From Candidatus Bathyarchaeota archaeon (GTDB lineage: Archaea; Thermoproteota; Bathyarchaeia; Bathyarchaeales; Bathycorpusculaceae), in assembly GCA_963772455.1 (NCBI GenBank), contig CAVYXJ010000010.1, positions 64,001 to 128,000 of the forward strand: a DNA stretch of 64,000 nt, written 5' to 3'. A program made the position numbers and the translations under genes. The notes beneath the pieces are model-generated. The model had not been told where the DNA came from. It worked only from the letters and a program-made list of their open reading frames with translations, and made no database searches. This document shows, piece by piece, positions 28,480 through 38,666 of the stretch (positions are counted from its first letter, which is position 1; every line of letters starts with the position of its first letter).

Positions 28480-29313
28480 TTAAAGAAGCTCGGAATAATC
28501 CTTTAGTTTATCAAAAAGTTCAGGCCGTAAGTCCTTAAGCGTTGGAATAAACGTTTCTGCTGTCCTTAAATCGTCAAAATCCACTTCACAGACGATAAAA
28601 TCTTCTTCATCGTACTTTGCCTTAGCCAAAACATCGCCAGTAGGGCCGACAAGGCGGCTTCCTCCCCAAAATTGCAGGCCATCCTCAACTCCAGCAAGGT
28701 TAACATATGCAAGAAAAGCCGTATTCTCCAATGCACGGGCAGAAGTTAAGATCTCAAAATAGTTTCTCCGTACGGCTGGAGACGCAGAAATACAGATTAT
28801 CAATTGTGCCCCTTTCAGTCGAGTCAACCTATACACTTCTGGAAAGAAAACATCATAGCAAATCGTTAACCCAATGTTTCCCAATTCAGTTTGGTACTCG
28901 GATGTATCGTAGCCTGGACGGAAATATCTTTTCTCTTCAAAAACACTGTGCGTTGGCAGATACATTTTGCGGTATTTGCCGATTAAACCCTTGGGTCCAA
29001 CAAAAACGGCGGTGTTAAAGATTATCGCTTTGGTTTTTTTGCTAAGCTCAGGCATTCCAAAAATGATATACATCCCTGTTTTCTTTGCTAAATCCTCAAT
29101 TCTCTGAGTAGACGTTCCAGGTATCGTTTCAGCTAATTCATAGACCTGATCTAAAATGACATAGCCCGTAAGCGAAAGCTCAGGGAAGATAATTAGATCT
29201 GCTCCTTGCTGCTTGGCTTTCAAAGTTAACTTTTCGATTTTAAGCAGATTATCTCTTTTACTTTCTCGTTTGCTGCTTATTTGAGCGAGTGCAAGTTTAA
29301 TCTTACTTTTCAT
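28480..29313 (-). CDS. Carbon-nitrogen hydrolase (nitrilase family; possible glutaminase partner of NadE)
   Basis: FPELSLTGY, YRKMYLP, ICYDVFFPE (E-K-C triad). Confidence 0.9.
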   Translation of the reverse strand: MKSKIKLALAQISSKRESKRDNLLKIEKLTLKAKQQGADLIIFPELSLTGYVILDQVYELAETIPGTSTQRIEDLAKKTGMYIIFGMPELSKKTKAIIFNTAVFVGPKGLIGKYRKMYLPTHSVFEEKRYFRPGYDTSEYQTELGNIGLTICYDVFFPEVYRLTRLKGAQLIICISASPAVRRNYFEILTSARALENTAFLAYVNLAGVEDGLQFWGGSRLVGPTGDVLAKAKYDEEDFIVCEVDFDDLRTAETFIPTLKDLRPELFDKLKDYSELL

Positions 29314-29325
29314 TCGAGAACACTT

Positions 29326-30168
29326 TCAATAGGTATGTCTTGGAAGCCTAAAATCGTTTCCCACACTTCTAAACCCAATTTTTGGAGCAAGCGGCATTTT
29401 TCTTTTATGTTCATTTGCAAGCCACCTACTCTTTATCTTATCAACAAGCTTCTTCTCGATACCTGTTTGCTCGGCAACATCTTCAGTTGACATAAATCGT
29501 TCAATCCCGAAAAGAATTAGGTCCAAATCTTCATACTTGATTCCAAGTTCAGACTCTGCCAACTGGTTAGGCCAAAGGGCAGGTGTTGATGGTTTTTGGG
29601 TAAGTTCCTTTGGGAGTCCTAAATTGGTTGCAAGTTTGCGAACTTGTGTCTTATATAAGTCCATGATTGGAGCTATGTCCGCTGCGGCATCTCCCCACTT
29701 AGTAAAATAGCCCATCATCGTCTCTGACTTATCGGAGCTACCGCAGACTATTCTACTTTGTTTGTTAGCATAGTAGTAGAGATATATCATTCTTGTTCGT
29801 GCCTTGATATTTCCCTTACAGATCTTATCCGATAAATCAAATATGGGAATTGCGCCGTAAATGCCGTTAAGGGCATTTGACATGTCGCATATCTGAGTCT
29901 TAAAATGAAATTGATCAGCAACAATTTTTGCGTCGTCAACATCTTTCTGATTAAAGTTCTCGTTCTCAGGTAGCATAAGCCCTAAAACGTTTTCGCCTCC
30001 TATTGCAAGGCTTGATAAAGCCGCGATGGTTGCGCTGTCGATTCCTCCAGATAGTCCAAGTACAATTCCTTTTGCTCCAGCGTTTTCAACATATTCTTTG
30101 ATGAAACGGCAGATCCTTTTTTGAGTCTCAAAAAAATCTATCTCTAAGAGGGAAGGTGTTAACTTCAC
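29326..30168 (-). CDS. nadE: NAD+ synthetase
   Basis: GLSGGIDS, GNIKARTRM, GYFTKWGD, LYKTQVR. Confidence 0.95.
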   Translation of the reverse strand: MKLTPSLLEIDFFETQKRICRFIKEYVENAGAKGIVLGLSGGIDSATIAALSSLAIGGENVLGLMLPENENFNQKDVDDAKIVADQFHFKTQICDMSNALNGIYGAIPIFDLSDKICKGNIKARTRMIYLYYYANKQSRIVCGSSDKSETMMGYFTKWGDAAADIAPIMDLYKTQVRKLATNLGLPKELTQKPSTPALWPNQLAESELGIKYEDLDLILFGIERFMSTEDVAEQTGIEKKLVDKIKSRWLANEHKRKMPLAPKIGFRSVGNDFRLPRHTY

Positions 30169-30266
30169 TTATTATTGCAGCCTCATAATTCATGGTTAGT
30201 AGGCAAGTATTTAAGGACAAGTATAAATATTAATGACATTACCAGTCGATTCAGAAGGTTGTATTA

Positions 30267-30533
30267 TTGGGGCGAAGAAGGAAAAAAGTTGTTCATATTC
30301 CAAAAAAACGTTTACCTAAATTCTTCTCTTGCCCAAGATGCGGAAAAGAAACCGTTAAAGTAGAACTTTTCAGAGAAGATGGTCATTCCACTGCTCAATG
30401 CAGTAGTTGTGGTCTTAAGGAAGAATTTCCTGTTAAACCCGCACAAGGAGAAGTCGACGTTTACTGCATGTTAACTGATCGAGTTTATGGTCCCCAGAAA
30501 AGAACTCCGGTGACAAACATAAAAAAAGAGTAA
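30267..30533 (+). CDS. elf1: Transcription elongation factor Elf1
   Basis: MGRRRKK...FSCPRCG...CSSCGL...VDVYC. Confidence 0.88.
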   Translation: MGRRRKKVVHIPKKRLPKFFSCPRCGKETVKVELFREDGHSTAQCSSCGLKEEFPVKPAQGEVDVYCMLTDRVYGPQKRTPVTNIKKE

Positions 30534-30549
30534 TTGAAGGATTACTGTT

Positions 30550-31302
30550 ATGCTAGGGCCTATTGAAAGGTACTTGCTCGAAAAAATAAAAACTGATGGC
30601 TCAATCCACATAACCCTAATAGATCCTGAAAAAGTGTCTGCTGCTGATGCCTCACGGATTGCTGAAAGTTCCAAAAACAGCGGAACAGCTGCCATAATGA
30701 TTGGAGGCTCAACATTTGTTTCTGAAAATCATCTCGACAAAGTAATAAAAGCCATTAAATCCAAAATAGATCTTCCTACAATTCTTTTTCCAAATAACGT
30801 AACAGGAATAAGTTGTCATGCTGATGCAATTTGGTTTATGTCTCTGCTTAATTCAGTTGACCCTTATTTTCTCATAGGCGCACAAATTTTGGGTGCACCT
30901 CTTGTAAAAAAGTACGGTTTAGAACCAATTTCAATGGGTTACATAATCGTTGGCGACGGCGGAACAGCTGGTATAGTTGGAAAAGCAATCTCAGTTCCGT
31001 ATAACAAGCCTGAACTTGCAGCTGCTCACGCTCTTGCAGGACAATACCTTGGAATGCGTTTTATCTATCTTGAAGGTGGTTCTGGAGCAGCTAACCCTGT
31101 TCCTCCCGAAATGATTAGGGCAGTTAAACACCTAATTGACATTCCGCTAATAGTCGGCGGTGGAATAAAGAATAAAGAACAAGCCTTCATAGCCGCCTCG
31201 GCAGGTGCAGATATAATTGTTACAGGAAATGTCACTGAATCAAGTGATGCAAAACAACGGGTTTCCGAAATTATCTGTGCCATAAAGGGCATTAAGGCCT
31301 AA
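30550..31302 (+). CDS. Geranylgeranylglyceryl phosphate synthase
   Basis: HITLIDPEK, IMIGGS, YLEGGSGA, VGGGI. Confidence 0.93.
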   Translation: MLGPIERYLLEKIKTDGSIHITLIDPEKVSAADASRIAESSKNSGTAAIMIGGSTFVSENHLDKVIKAIKSKIDLPTILFPNNVTGISCHADAIWFMSLLNSVDPYFLIGAQILGAPLVKKYGLEPISMGYIIVGDGGTAGIVGKAISVPYNKPELAAAHALAGQYLGMRFIYLEGGSGAANPVPPEMIRAVKHLIDIPLIVGGGIKNKEQAFIAASAGADIIVTGNVTESSDAKQRVSEIICAIKGIKA

Positions 31303-31384
31303 TTACCTTTGGTTGGTTTTTCTCTTTCTTTTAGAAAGCCAAAATAACCCATAATATCATATCTTGCGCTGTGAGCAATTTACT

Positions 31385-34300
31385 TTGAATATTAGCAAAG
31401 GCTATCAAAAATACGTTAACGCAATGGAAGCTGAGCTTAAACGATTATATACAATAAGCGATAACGCCAGATCTAAAGGGCTTGATCCAGCTTTAAAAAC
31501 AGAATGTATCGTTGCTCAAGACATCGCTGATTTAGTTGAAGGATTAGTAGGACCAAAAGGAGTTGCCCTTAGCATCCGTGAATTGAGCACTAAGATGCCA
31601 AGAGAAGAAGTGGCTTTTAAGGTAGCGCAGCAAATTGCTCAAGGAAAGTTCTCAGAGACAGAACAAAAACAAGAGCAACTAGCTGAGCAAGCAATTCGAA
31701 CTGCACTAGCAATATTTACTGAAGGCTTAACTGCTGCACCAATTCAAGGTATAGCTCAAGTTAAAATCAAAACTAATTCTGACAAAACACGTTATCTTGC
31801 CGTCTATTTTGCTGGACCTATTCGTTCAGCAGGAGGTACAGACCAAGCTTTAACTTTGGTTGTAGGCGATTACGTGCGAAGAGAATTGGATCTTGACAAG
31901 TATAAGCCAACCGAAGAAGAAGTTTCACGTTTCATAGAAGAATTAAGACTCTACGAACGTTCCGTGGGGCGTTTTCAATTCCACATCCCAGATGAAGAAC
32001 TTAGAAAAGCTCTAAACCTAATTCCAGTTGAATGCACTGGAACCGAATCAGACCCAGTAGAGGTCTCATCATATCGTAACTTAGAAAGAGTTGAAACAAA
32101 TCGTGTTAGAGGAGGCGCACTCCGAGTTGTCAATGACGGTATCGTTGGGCGTGCACAGAAAGTCTTTGTGATTATCGATAAACTCGGTTTCCAAGGTTGG
32201 GAATGGCTGAAAAATTTCAAAAAGAAATCTGAAAAAAAATCTGGCGGTTTCATGGATGATGTTATTGCAGGAAGGCCAATTTTCGCGTTTCCTTCAACAC
32301 GCGGTGGCTTTAGGCTTAGATACGGTAGGTCAAGAAATACTGGACTCTCGGCTGTAGGGATTCATCCTGCGACTATGTTAGTTGTCGAGAGTTTCTTAGC
32401 TGCTGGTACCCAGATGCGTTTGGAATTGCCTGGGAAAGGCGGTGTCACAATGCCTGTTGACAGTATCGAAAAACCTGTGGTTTTACTAAATGATAACTCG
32501 GTGGTTCGGGTATCACTAGAAAACTATTCTACAGTTAAAGGTAAGATTCAAAAAATCCTCTTCTTAGGTGATATGCTAATTGATTTTGGCGATTTCCTTT
32601 ATTGTAATAAAGCACTTCCACCTTCTGGATACGTGGAAGAATGGTGGGCTAAAGACCTCCAGAATTCTATTTTATTAGGATACGAAAAGGACTTTAAAAA
32701 AGCGGCAGAGACGTGCAAGCTTTCGGTAGAAAAGCTACAAAGCTTCATAGTTGACCCATTCGTAAACAAACCAACAATAAATGAGGCAATAATGCTTAGT
32801 CAAAACTTGGGGATTCCATTAGCGCCTAATGCCACTTTGTTTTGGACAAGTTTAGATACTGTCCAAGAAGTTGAAAATCTCCAGAAGTGGTTAGGTTCCT
32901 CATATGTCAAAGTTGAGGCTGGAGTGATATCTGAAATTACAGGGTTGGTAATCGAAGATGTGGTTAAATCTCTAAGGAAAATCTTTGTCCCCCATAAAAT
33001 TATCGACGGCAAAATAATACTGTCGGGTCAGGATGCGGCTGCTTTAGGAATGACTCTTGGCTACGGCACAAACCGACTAAATGAATCTATTCAAGCAGGT
33101 TCGGTTCTCGAGTTATTAAGTCTACTTTCAGGTGTGCTGATTAAAGATAAATCACCAACATACGTGGGTGGACGCATGGGTAGACCAGAGAAAGCCAAGC
33201 ACCGTGAAATGAAACCGCTTGTTCATGTTCTATTCCCAGTCGGTTTGAAGGGAGGTTCTCATCGTGACCTTGTTGAAGCAGCGAAGCAGGGTCCAGTTTT
33301 TGTTGAGATAACAAAACGAAAATGTCCTATCTGTAAAAATTATTCGACAAAAGTAAAATGCAATGCTTGCGGTTGCGAAACTGTTCACGAGAAAACTTGC
33401 CCTCGATGCGGAAGACCTGTAAAAGATTCTGGTTGTTCCACATGTAAGACAGACGGGGTATTGTATCAGAGACAACCAATCAACTTCAAAGAACTAATCA
33501 GTAACGCGTGCACCTCACTTGGCTATCCATCTCCTAAACTTTTACGCGGGGTCAAGGGACTAACAAACTTGGATAAGACTCCGGAAATGATTGAAAAGGG
33601 AATTTTACGTGCGAAACATGGCTTATCGGTCTATAAGGATGGTACAATACGTTTTGACGCCACAAATGCCCCGTTAACACACATCACACCAATAGAAATC
33701 AGCGTATCCATCGAAAAGATGCATCAAATGGGTTACCTCTCGGACACGCAAGGTTTGCCCTTAACAGATCCTAATCAAGTGTGTGAACTCAAAATTCAAG
33801 ATGTCGTAATTCCTTGGAGTGCGGCCAAATATTTTATCCAAATTGCTGCCTTCATCGACGACCTCCTAGTATATGTTTACAAGCAACCTGCTTTCTACAA
33901 TGTAAGAAAAGCTGAGGAATTAGTTGGGCACATACTTTTTGGGTTAGCCCCTCACACATGTGCTTGCATCTTAGGCAGAATTGCTGGTTTTACTGACCGA
34001 AACGTGATTTATGCTCATCCGGTCTGGCATTCAGCTAAACGTCGTGACTGCGACGGTGACGAAGACGCCATAATGCTTGGGCTGGACACACTTCTTAATT
34101 TCTCTCGCATTTTCTTACCTGCACAGATAGGTGGAATAATGGACGCCCCAATCTTGCTTATTCCATTTGTCAATACTAAAGAGGTGCAACGCCAAGCCCA
34201 CGACTTCGACGTAAGTGCCACTTATCCAATCGAATTCTACAAGAAAACTTTGGATAAGTCTGATGCTCGCCCAGCCAGTGCAATCATGGACATAATTAGC

Positions 34301-34801
34301 CATAGATTAGGCACGGAAGCACAATACGAAGGTTTCCAATTTACTACTCCCTGTTCAAGCATTAATCTCGGTAATGCAGACAGTTCTTACAAAGAATTCA
34401 AGTCAATGATCGAAAAACTTCACATGCAACTTGAATTAGGTGAAAAAATCGATGCTGTGGACCCCAGACGTGTCGCCTTAAAAGTTTTAAACACGCATTT
34501 AATGCGAGACATCGCTGGTAACTTGCGTGCTTTCTCAACTCAAGGTTTCAGATGCAAATCTTGTAATAAAAAATTTCGACGATTACCCCTTCAAGGCAAA
34601 TGCCCCTCTTGCAGTGGGAAATTAACGCTTACCGTCTATCGAGGCGGTATAGAGAAATATCTTGTAGCAGCCCAAGAACTTGTCGACAAATACGGTTTAC
34701 CTAAATATTATACCCAACGCATGGACTTAATTAAGGAAGAGATAGCCACAATGTTTGATAATAAAAAGCCAAAACAATCGAAGCTTTTTGATTTTAAGTA
34801 G
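31385..34801 (+). CDS. polC: DNA polymerase D large subunit DP2 (no intein seen)
   Basis: AGPIRSAGGT, GFRLRYGRSRNTG, GRMGRPEK, KRRDCDGDED, C-terminal Zn finger. Confidence 0.96.
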   Translation: MNISKGYQKYVNAMEAELKRLYTISDNARSKGLDPALKTECIVAQDIADLVEGLVGPKGVALSIRELSTKMPREEVAFKVAQQIAQGKFSETEQKQEQLAEQAIRTALAIFTEGLTAAPIQGIAQVKIKTNSDKTRYLAVYFAGPIRSAGGTDQALTLVVGDYVRRELDLDKYKPTEEEVSRFIEELRLYERSVGRFQFHIPDEELRKALNLIPVECTGTESDPVEVSSYRNLERVETNRVRGGALRVVNDGIVGRAQKVFVIIDKLGFQGWEWLKNFKKKSEKKSGGFMDDVIAGRPIFAFPSTRGGFRLRYGRSRNTGLSAVGIHPATMLVVESFLAAGTQMRLELPGKGGVTMPVDSIEKPVVLLNDNSVVRVSLENYSTVKGKIQKILFLGDMLIDFGDFLYCNKALPPSGYVEEWWAKDLQNSILLGYEKDFKKAAETCKLSVEKLQSFIVDPFVNKPTINEAIMLSQNLGIPLAPNATLFWTSLDTVQEVENLQKWLGSSYVKVEAGVISEITGLVIEDVVKSLRKIFVPHKIIDGKIILSGQDAAALGMTLGYGTNRLNESIQAGSVLELLSLLSGVLIKDKSPTYVGGRMGRPEKAKHREMKPLVHVLFPVGLKGGSHRDLVEAAKQGPVFVEITKRKCPICKNYSTKVKCNACGCETVHEKTCPRCGRPVKDSGCSTCKTDGVLYQRQPINFKELISNACTSLGYPSPKLLRGVKGLTNLDKTPEMIEKGILRAKHGLSVYKDGTIRFDATNAPLTHITPIEISVSIEKMHQMGYLSDTQGLPLTDPNQVCELKIQDVVIPWSAAKYFIQIAAFIDDLLVYVYKQPAFYNVRKAEELVGHILFGLAPHTCACILGRIAGFTDRNVIYAHPVWHSAKRRDCDGDEDAIMLGLDTLLNFSRIFLPAQIGGIMDAPILLIPFVNTKEVQRQAHDFDVSATYPIEFYKKTLDKSDARPASAIMDIISHRLGTEAQYEGFQFTTPCSSINLGNADSSYKEFKSMIEKLHMQLELGEKIDAVDPRRVALKVLNTHLMRDIAGNLRAFSTQGFRCKSCNKKFRRLPLQGKCPSCSGKLTLTVYRGGIEKYLVAAQELVDKYGLPKYYTQRMDLIKEEIATMFDNKKPKQSKLFDFK

Positions 34802-34842
34802 ACTAAAGCTTTTCAAGGTAAACCGCACTCATATTTTACTCG

Positions 34843-35115
34843 GTGGAATCAGAGATCAGAGAATCCATGCACCCGAATGCTTTCTTAAGAAACATCAGAA
34901 ACGTACATTGCGGTCTTATAGCCCGAACAAAAATCTTGGTTATACTTGAAAATCAAGGGTTCAATGCAGGCAAGATTGCAAAAGAATCAGGCTTGTCTTA
35001 TGGTGTTGTTACTTATCATCTTAAGCTTCTAAAAAACGACGGTAGTGTTGAAAGGAAAGGCAATAGGCGTTATGTTTGGCTATCGACTGGTTTAGGGCAG
35101 AAAAGATTAGGCTAA
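34843..35115 (+). CDS. Small winged-helix protein
   Basis: AGKIAKESGLSYGVVTYHLKLLKNDGSVER. Confidence 0.75.
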   Translation: MESEIRESMHPNAFLRNIRNVHCGLIARTKILVILENQGFNAGKIAKESGLSYGVVTYHLKLLKNDGSVERKGNRRYVWLSTGLGQKRLG

Positions 35116-35399
35116 AAAACGCAAAGACAAGGTGAGCCTTGGCATTTTGGGCATTTGTGATTATATTTGGTGAGTGCTGCTTTTTCAAGGTCAATTCCCA
35201 TAATGTTTGCTAGCGAGGCGAGCCAAGCAAGTACATCTGCAAACTCTTTCTCTGTAGCTTCCCTGTCATTTCCCTTCAACTCCTCGCCTAACTCAGCCAC
35301 TTCATCGATTAACCAGTTGAAAGTTCCATTTAGCCCCCGTTCAGAATCTCTTTGGAAGTACAGACGCTTCATCATTTCTTGAAATTCATGTATCTGCAT
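35112..35399 (-). CDS. MazG-like nucleotide pyrophosphohydrolase
   Basis: WLIDEVAELGE...EFADVLAWLASLAN, C-terminal CPKCQGSPCLC. Confidence 0.9.
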   Translation of the reverse strand: MQIHEFQEMMKRLYFQRDSERGLNGTFNWLIDEVAELGEELKGNDREATEKEFADVLAWLASLANIMGIDLEKAALTKYNHKCPKCQGSPCLCVF

Positions 35400-35590
35400 A
35401 ATACTTTCCTCAATGAATATGTTTTTAGTTTCGTTTAAACAGTTTTCTTTCTTGCTCTTTAGACATCATTCCTAGTTTATGTTAAAAGAGTCTCAAAAAT
35501 AAAATGAGAATGGTTTTTTAGATTAGGCGCAAGATTAATTAGTCAAATAAAAGATAAGGCATGTATCACATTAACTTAGAGGTATATTTG

Positions 35591-35764
35591 GTGAGTAGGA
35601 AGAAAAAGAAAGATACTGGTCCAATGCCTGCTGCAAGTGCAGGGTTGCTCAGATTTTTCGAAGAAGAGACAGAAGGAGTCAAAATCCGACCTGAACTTCT
35701 AATAGTCTTTGCGGTTTCATTAATTGTTATATCGGTTTTGGCAAAAATCTTCTTCCCAGTTTAA
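35591..35764 (+). CDS. secG: Preprotein translocase Sec61-beta subunit
   Basis: ASAGLLRFFEEETEGVKIRPE followed by a TM helix. Confidence 0.88.
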   Translation: MSRKKKKDTGPMPAASAGLLRFFEEETEGVKIRPELLIVFAVSLIVISVLAKIFFPV

Positions 35765-35771
35765 TTTTTTT

Positions 35772-36062
35772 TTAACGTCTTGGAGAAGTTGGATGCAAGA
35801 CTTCAATTCTTTGAACAGAATTCAAATGCAGAAATAATTCACTTCTTTCTTCTCGGCTTGCAACCTGAGGTATAGGTTGAGCGATGGTTGAACGCAATAC
35901 GATAGCCTCGGCATCCGAGAGCCAGATTCCTGATGGTTCGTGGGTAACCGCGGTTAAAGTTCCTTCGAAACCGTAAGCTGGATCTAATATTACTCTTATT
36001 TTTTTGCCCACGTTTCTTTCCAGCATATGAAATATTGAAGGGGGCAATTCTTGATCTGGCAT
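35772..36062 (-). CDS. Divergent Sm/LSm-fold protein
   Basis: VGKKIRVILD...FEGTLTAV...IWLSDAE...LFLHLNSVQRIE. Confidence 0.6.
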   Translation of the reverse strand: MPDQELPPSIFHMLERNVGKKIRVILDPAYGFEGTLTAVTHEPSGIWLSDAEAIVLRSTIAQPIPQVASREERSELFLHLNSVQRIEVLHPTSPRR

Positions 36063-36307
36063 AACCTTAGCAAATTAATACAATTGTGGCTCTAAAGATA
36101 AAACAATATCCCCGCTGAGGTATGTTACCTTTCACGGTATTATAGTTATTTGGTATTTGGTTGACGGTAGCTTTTGATTACTTTATGATAAAATAAGACA
36201 TCGTTTACCTGACGTTATAAAAAAAACTGTCTTTATTGTACCAAAGTTGAGACTTAAACTTAGCTAAATTTTAATATGGCAGGTTAATTCCATTGTAGAG
36301 ATAAAAA

Positions 36308-38122
36308 TTGGCGATAGATAATTCTCTTAATACTTCAATGGATAGCGCGAAAAAACACTATTCCTCCATGTTTACTCTTCCATCATACAGAAAAGCAATT
36401 CTTGCAATCGTTGTACTCTGTATTGTTGGAGTTAGCATATGCGCTTCTGCTATTTTCCCCCTGATTAACAGTATATTCTTGGGATTCATTCTTTTAGGTA
36501 TAACATTTTTTACTGATTTAGTAACTAGCAAAATAATTTTGAAAGAAGACCCGATTTTTTCCATGCGGAGAACTCTAGTACTTTCCCTAGTTGGATGGAT
36601 TTTCTGGGTTTTCTTTCTATCTTTGGGCGTGGGGTTAGGTTTTATTTTAGGATGGATTTTCTGGGTTAAACTTTCATTGTTAGGATTCTCAGTGGTAGTA
36701 ACTTTAAGACTTATCGTGTTCACCACCACCTCGTCAGCGTCCTCCTTTAAGCGGTGGTCATCAACTTTAATGCAACCTGTCTTTTGCATAACCGCTTTCC
36801 TTATTTTCTGGACAGGTTACCCAAATATCCTAATCATTGGTTGGCAAATGTTGCTCTTTGTTGTTGTAGCACCAATAATCGGGTTTCTCGCCGTTTTTCT
36901 CTTACTTTCATCTATAGATCGCTTAGGAAAAAATCTTTTTTCTTTACCCGCTTTGCCAATATTTAGAGCTTTCTTACTTAATTGGGTAGATAACCAGAAT
37001 GCTCCTCTTGAAGAGTACCTGGAAGAATTGGGTGAAGACGCAGATATTTCAGTGACAATGCTAAAGTTTGGGAATCCCAAAAACAAAGCGGCTATAATCG
37101 TTCCCCAGGTCCATCCGGGTCCATTCAAAAACATAGGAAGTAGCATTTTACCTTCTCTTCTAAAGCGCGAAGTCGAAAAAGAATTTGGTGCTAATATCTG
37201 CGTTCCATTGGGGCTTCTCGGACATGAACTTGACTTAACTTCACAAGCACAAAACTACAAAATAATTGAGCAAGTTATCTCTTCGGCAAGGTTTGAACCT
37301 CAATCTATCTTAGCTTCGCCCTTTGTCCAAGTCAAAGAGGGCATTGCAACGGCTTCTTGTCAGATCTTCGGCGACACAGCTTTCTTGTCTTTTACATTGG
37401 CTCCAAAAACGACTGAAGATTTACCACAAGAGCTAGGACATATAGTTACTGAGGCTGCAAAAAAATTAGGGCTCTCAAATTCCGTAGTTGTTAATTGTCA
37501 CAACTGTTTAACTGACATAGTTGATTCAGCTGAGCATCTTGATGAATTGCAAAAAGTGGGTATTAAATGCCTGCAAAAAGCCGTTGCCTTACCGACAAAA
37601 CCGTTTAGCGTCGGTTCCCATACTATTTTTCCCAATGAATTCAATCTTAAAGCAGGAATGGGCGCTGGAGGAATAACTGCAATAATCATTCAATTAGAAA
37701 CCCAAAAAACAGCTTATGTAGTTATAGATGGCAATAATATGGTTCCTGGTCTTCGCGAAAAAATTCTGAAAAGTTTACTTGACCTAGGGTTTGAAGCAAG
37801 CGAAGTCTTTACAACAGATACTCATGCTGTTACTGCTTCGATAACTGGGAGGCAAGGATATCATCCCGTTGGTGAAGTCATGAATCAAACCTTGCTTATT
37901 CAGTACATAGGTGAAGTTGCAAAGAAGGCAAAAGCAAACCTTGAAGAATGCAATGCTGGTTGCCGGACGTTCATAGTGCCACATGTTAGAGTAATCGGTG
38001 AAGAGCGTCTCAAATCCATAACGACTCTCGTAGACAAAGCAATTTCGAAGGCAAAACATATAGTTGTTCCAATCTTTGGGGCAGAAGGGTTAGTTTTACT
38101 CTTACTTACGTTGTTATTTTAG
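36308..38122 (+). CDS. DUF2070 family membrane protein
   Basis: N-terminal TMs, VHPGPFKNIGSS, NCHNC, DGNNM, TTDTH. Confidence 0.88.
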   Translation: MAIDNSLNTSMDSAKKHYSSMFTLPSYRKAILAIVVLCIVGVSICASAIFPLINSIFLGFILLGITFFTDLVTSKIILKEDPIFSMRRTLVLSLVGWIFWVFFLSLGVGLGFILGWIFWVKLSLLGFSVVVTLRLIVFTTTSSASSFKRWSSTLMQPVFCITAFLIFWTGYPNILIIGWQMLLFVVVAPIIGFLAVFLLLSSIDRLGKNLFSLPALPIFRAFLLNWVDNQNAPLEEYLEELGEDADISVTMLKFGNPKNKAAIIVPQVHPGPFKNIGSSILPSLLKREVEKEFGANICVPLGLLGHELDLTSQAQNYKIIEQVISSARFEPQSILASPFVQVKEGIATASCQIFGDTAFLSFTLAPKTTEDLPQELGHIVTEAAKKLGLSNSVVVNCHNCLTDIVDSAEHLDELQKVGIKCLQKAVALPTKPFSVGSHTIFPNEFNLKAGMGAGGITAIIIQLETQKTAYVVIDGNNMVPGLREKILKSLLDLGFEASEVFTTDTHAVTASITGRQGYHPVGEVMNQTLLIQYIGEVAKKAKANLEECNAGCRTFIVPHVRVIGEERLKSITTLVDKAISKAKHIVVPIFGAEGLVLLLLTLLF

Positions 38123-38123
38123 A

Positions 38124-38666
38124 CTATTTGTTTGTTGTTCGACGTGGTTTTCGCTTGAGTTCTGTACCGCAAACAAGGCATTCAGAGGTTTTAGAGTTTG
38201 CTGGGTACTGACGATGGCAAGCTGGACAATATCTTATCCATTCTAAAAGTCGTTTGATTCCGAAAGTGGCTATAGCTAAAAACTCTATTTCCATTTGAGT
38301 AGCAACGTTTTGGATTGAATAGTCATCAGTGACAATTTGAGGATTGTACCCGGCGGCTTTGAGTTCAAAGGCTAACGCTAAAAGCTCAATGTCCGCTTCT
38401 GAGAGTTTAAACGAGTCACCAACTTTGCTCGCAGAAACTTTAGCAGTATCTGAAAATTGCTGGGAAGGTGCTTTAACTTTAACTTTGCCGGATTCGACCG
38501 CGGTTTCAAAACGCATTTTAATCATAGAATTTCTGAGTATTTCTTCTCCAACCTTTGGCACCGTTACTTGTTCTGCACCAAGAGAAAAAGGATCAAAACC
38601 AGCCAAAAAAGCCGAAGTATCTAAAACAAAAATGCGTTTATGTTGACTGTCGACTTGGTTATTCAT
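38124..38666 (-). CDS. nob1: Nob1 PIN-domain rRNA maturation endonuclease
   Basis: VLDTSAF, LSEADIELLALA, TDDYSIQNVA, Zn ribbon. Confidence 0.92.
   Translation of the reverse strand: MNNQVDSQHKRIFVLDTSAFLAGFDPFSLGAEQVTVPKVGEEILRNSMIKMRFETAVESGKVKVKAPSQQFSDTAKVSASKVGDSFKLSEADIELLALAFELKAAGYNPQIVTDDYSIQNVATQMEIEFLAIATFGIKRLLEWIRYCPACHRQYPANSKTSECLVCGTELKRKPRRTTNK

Noticed and set aside
31385-34801. Intein in DP2 or Cdc6
   Set aside because: Lengths are normal and catalytic motifs are uninterrupted.
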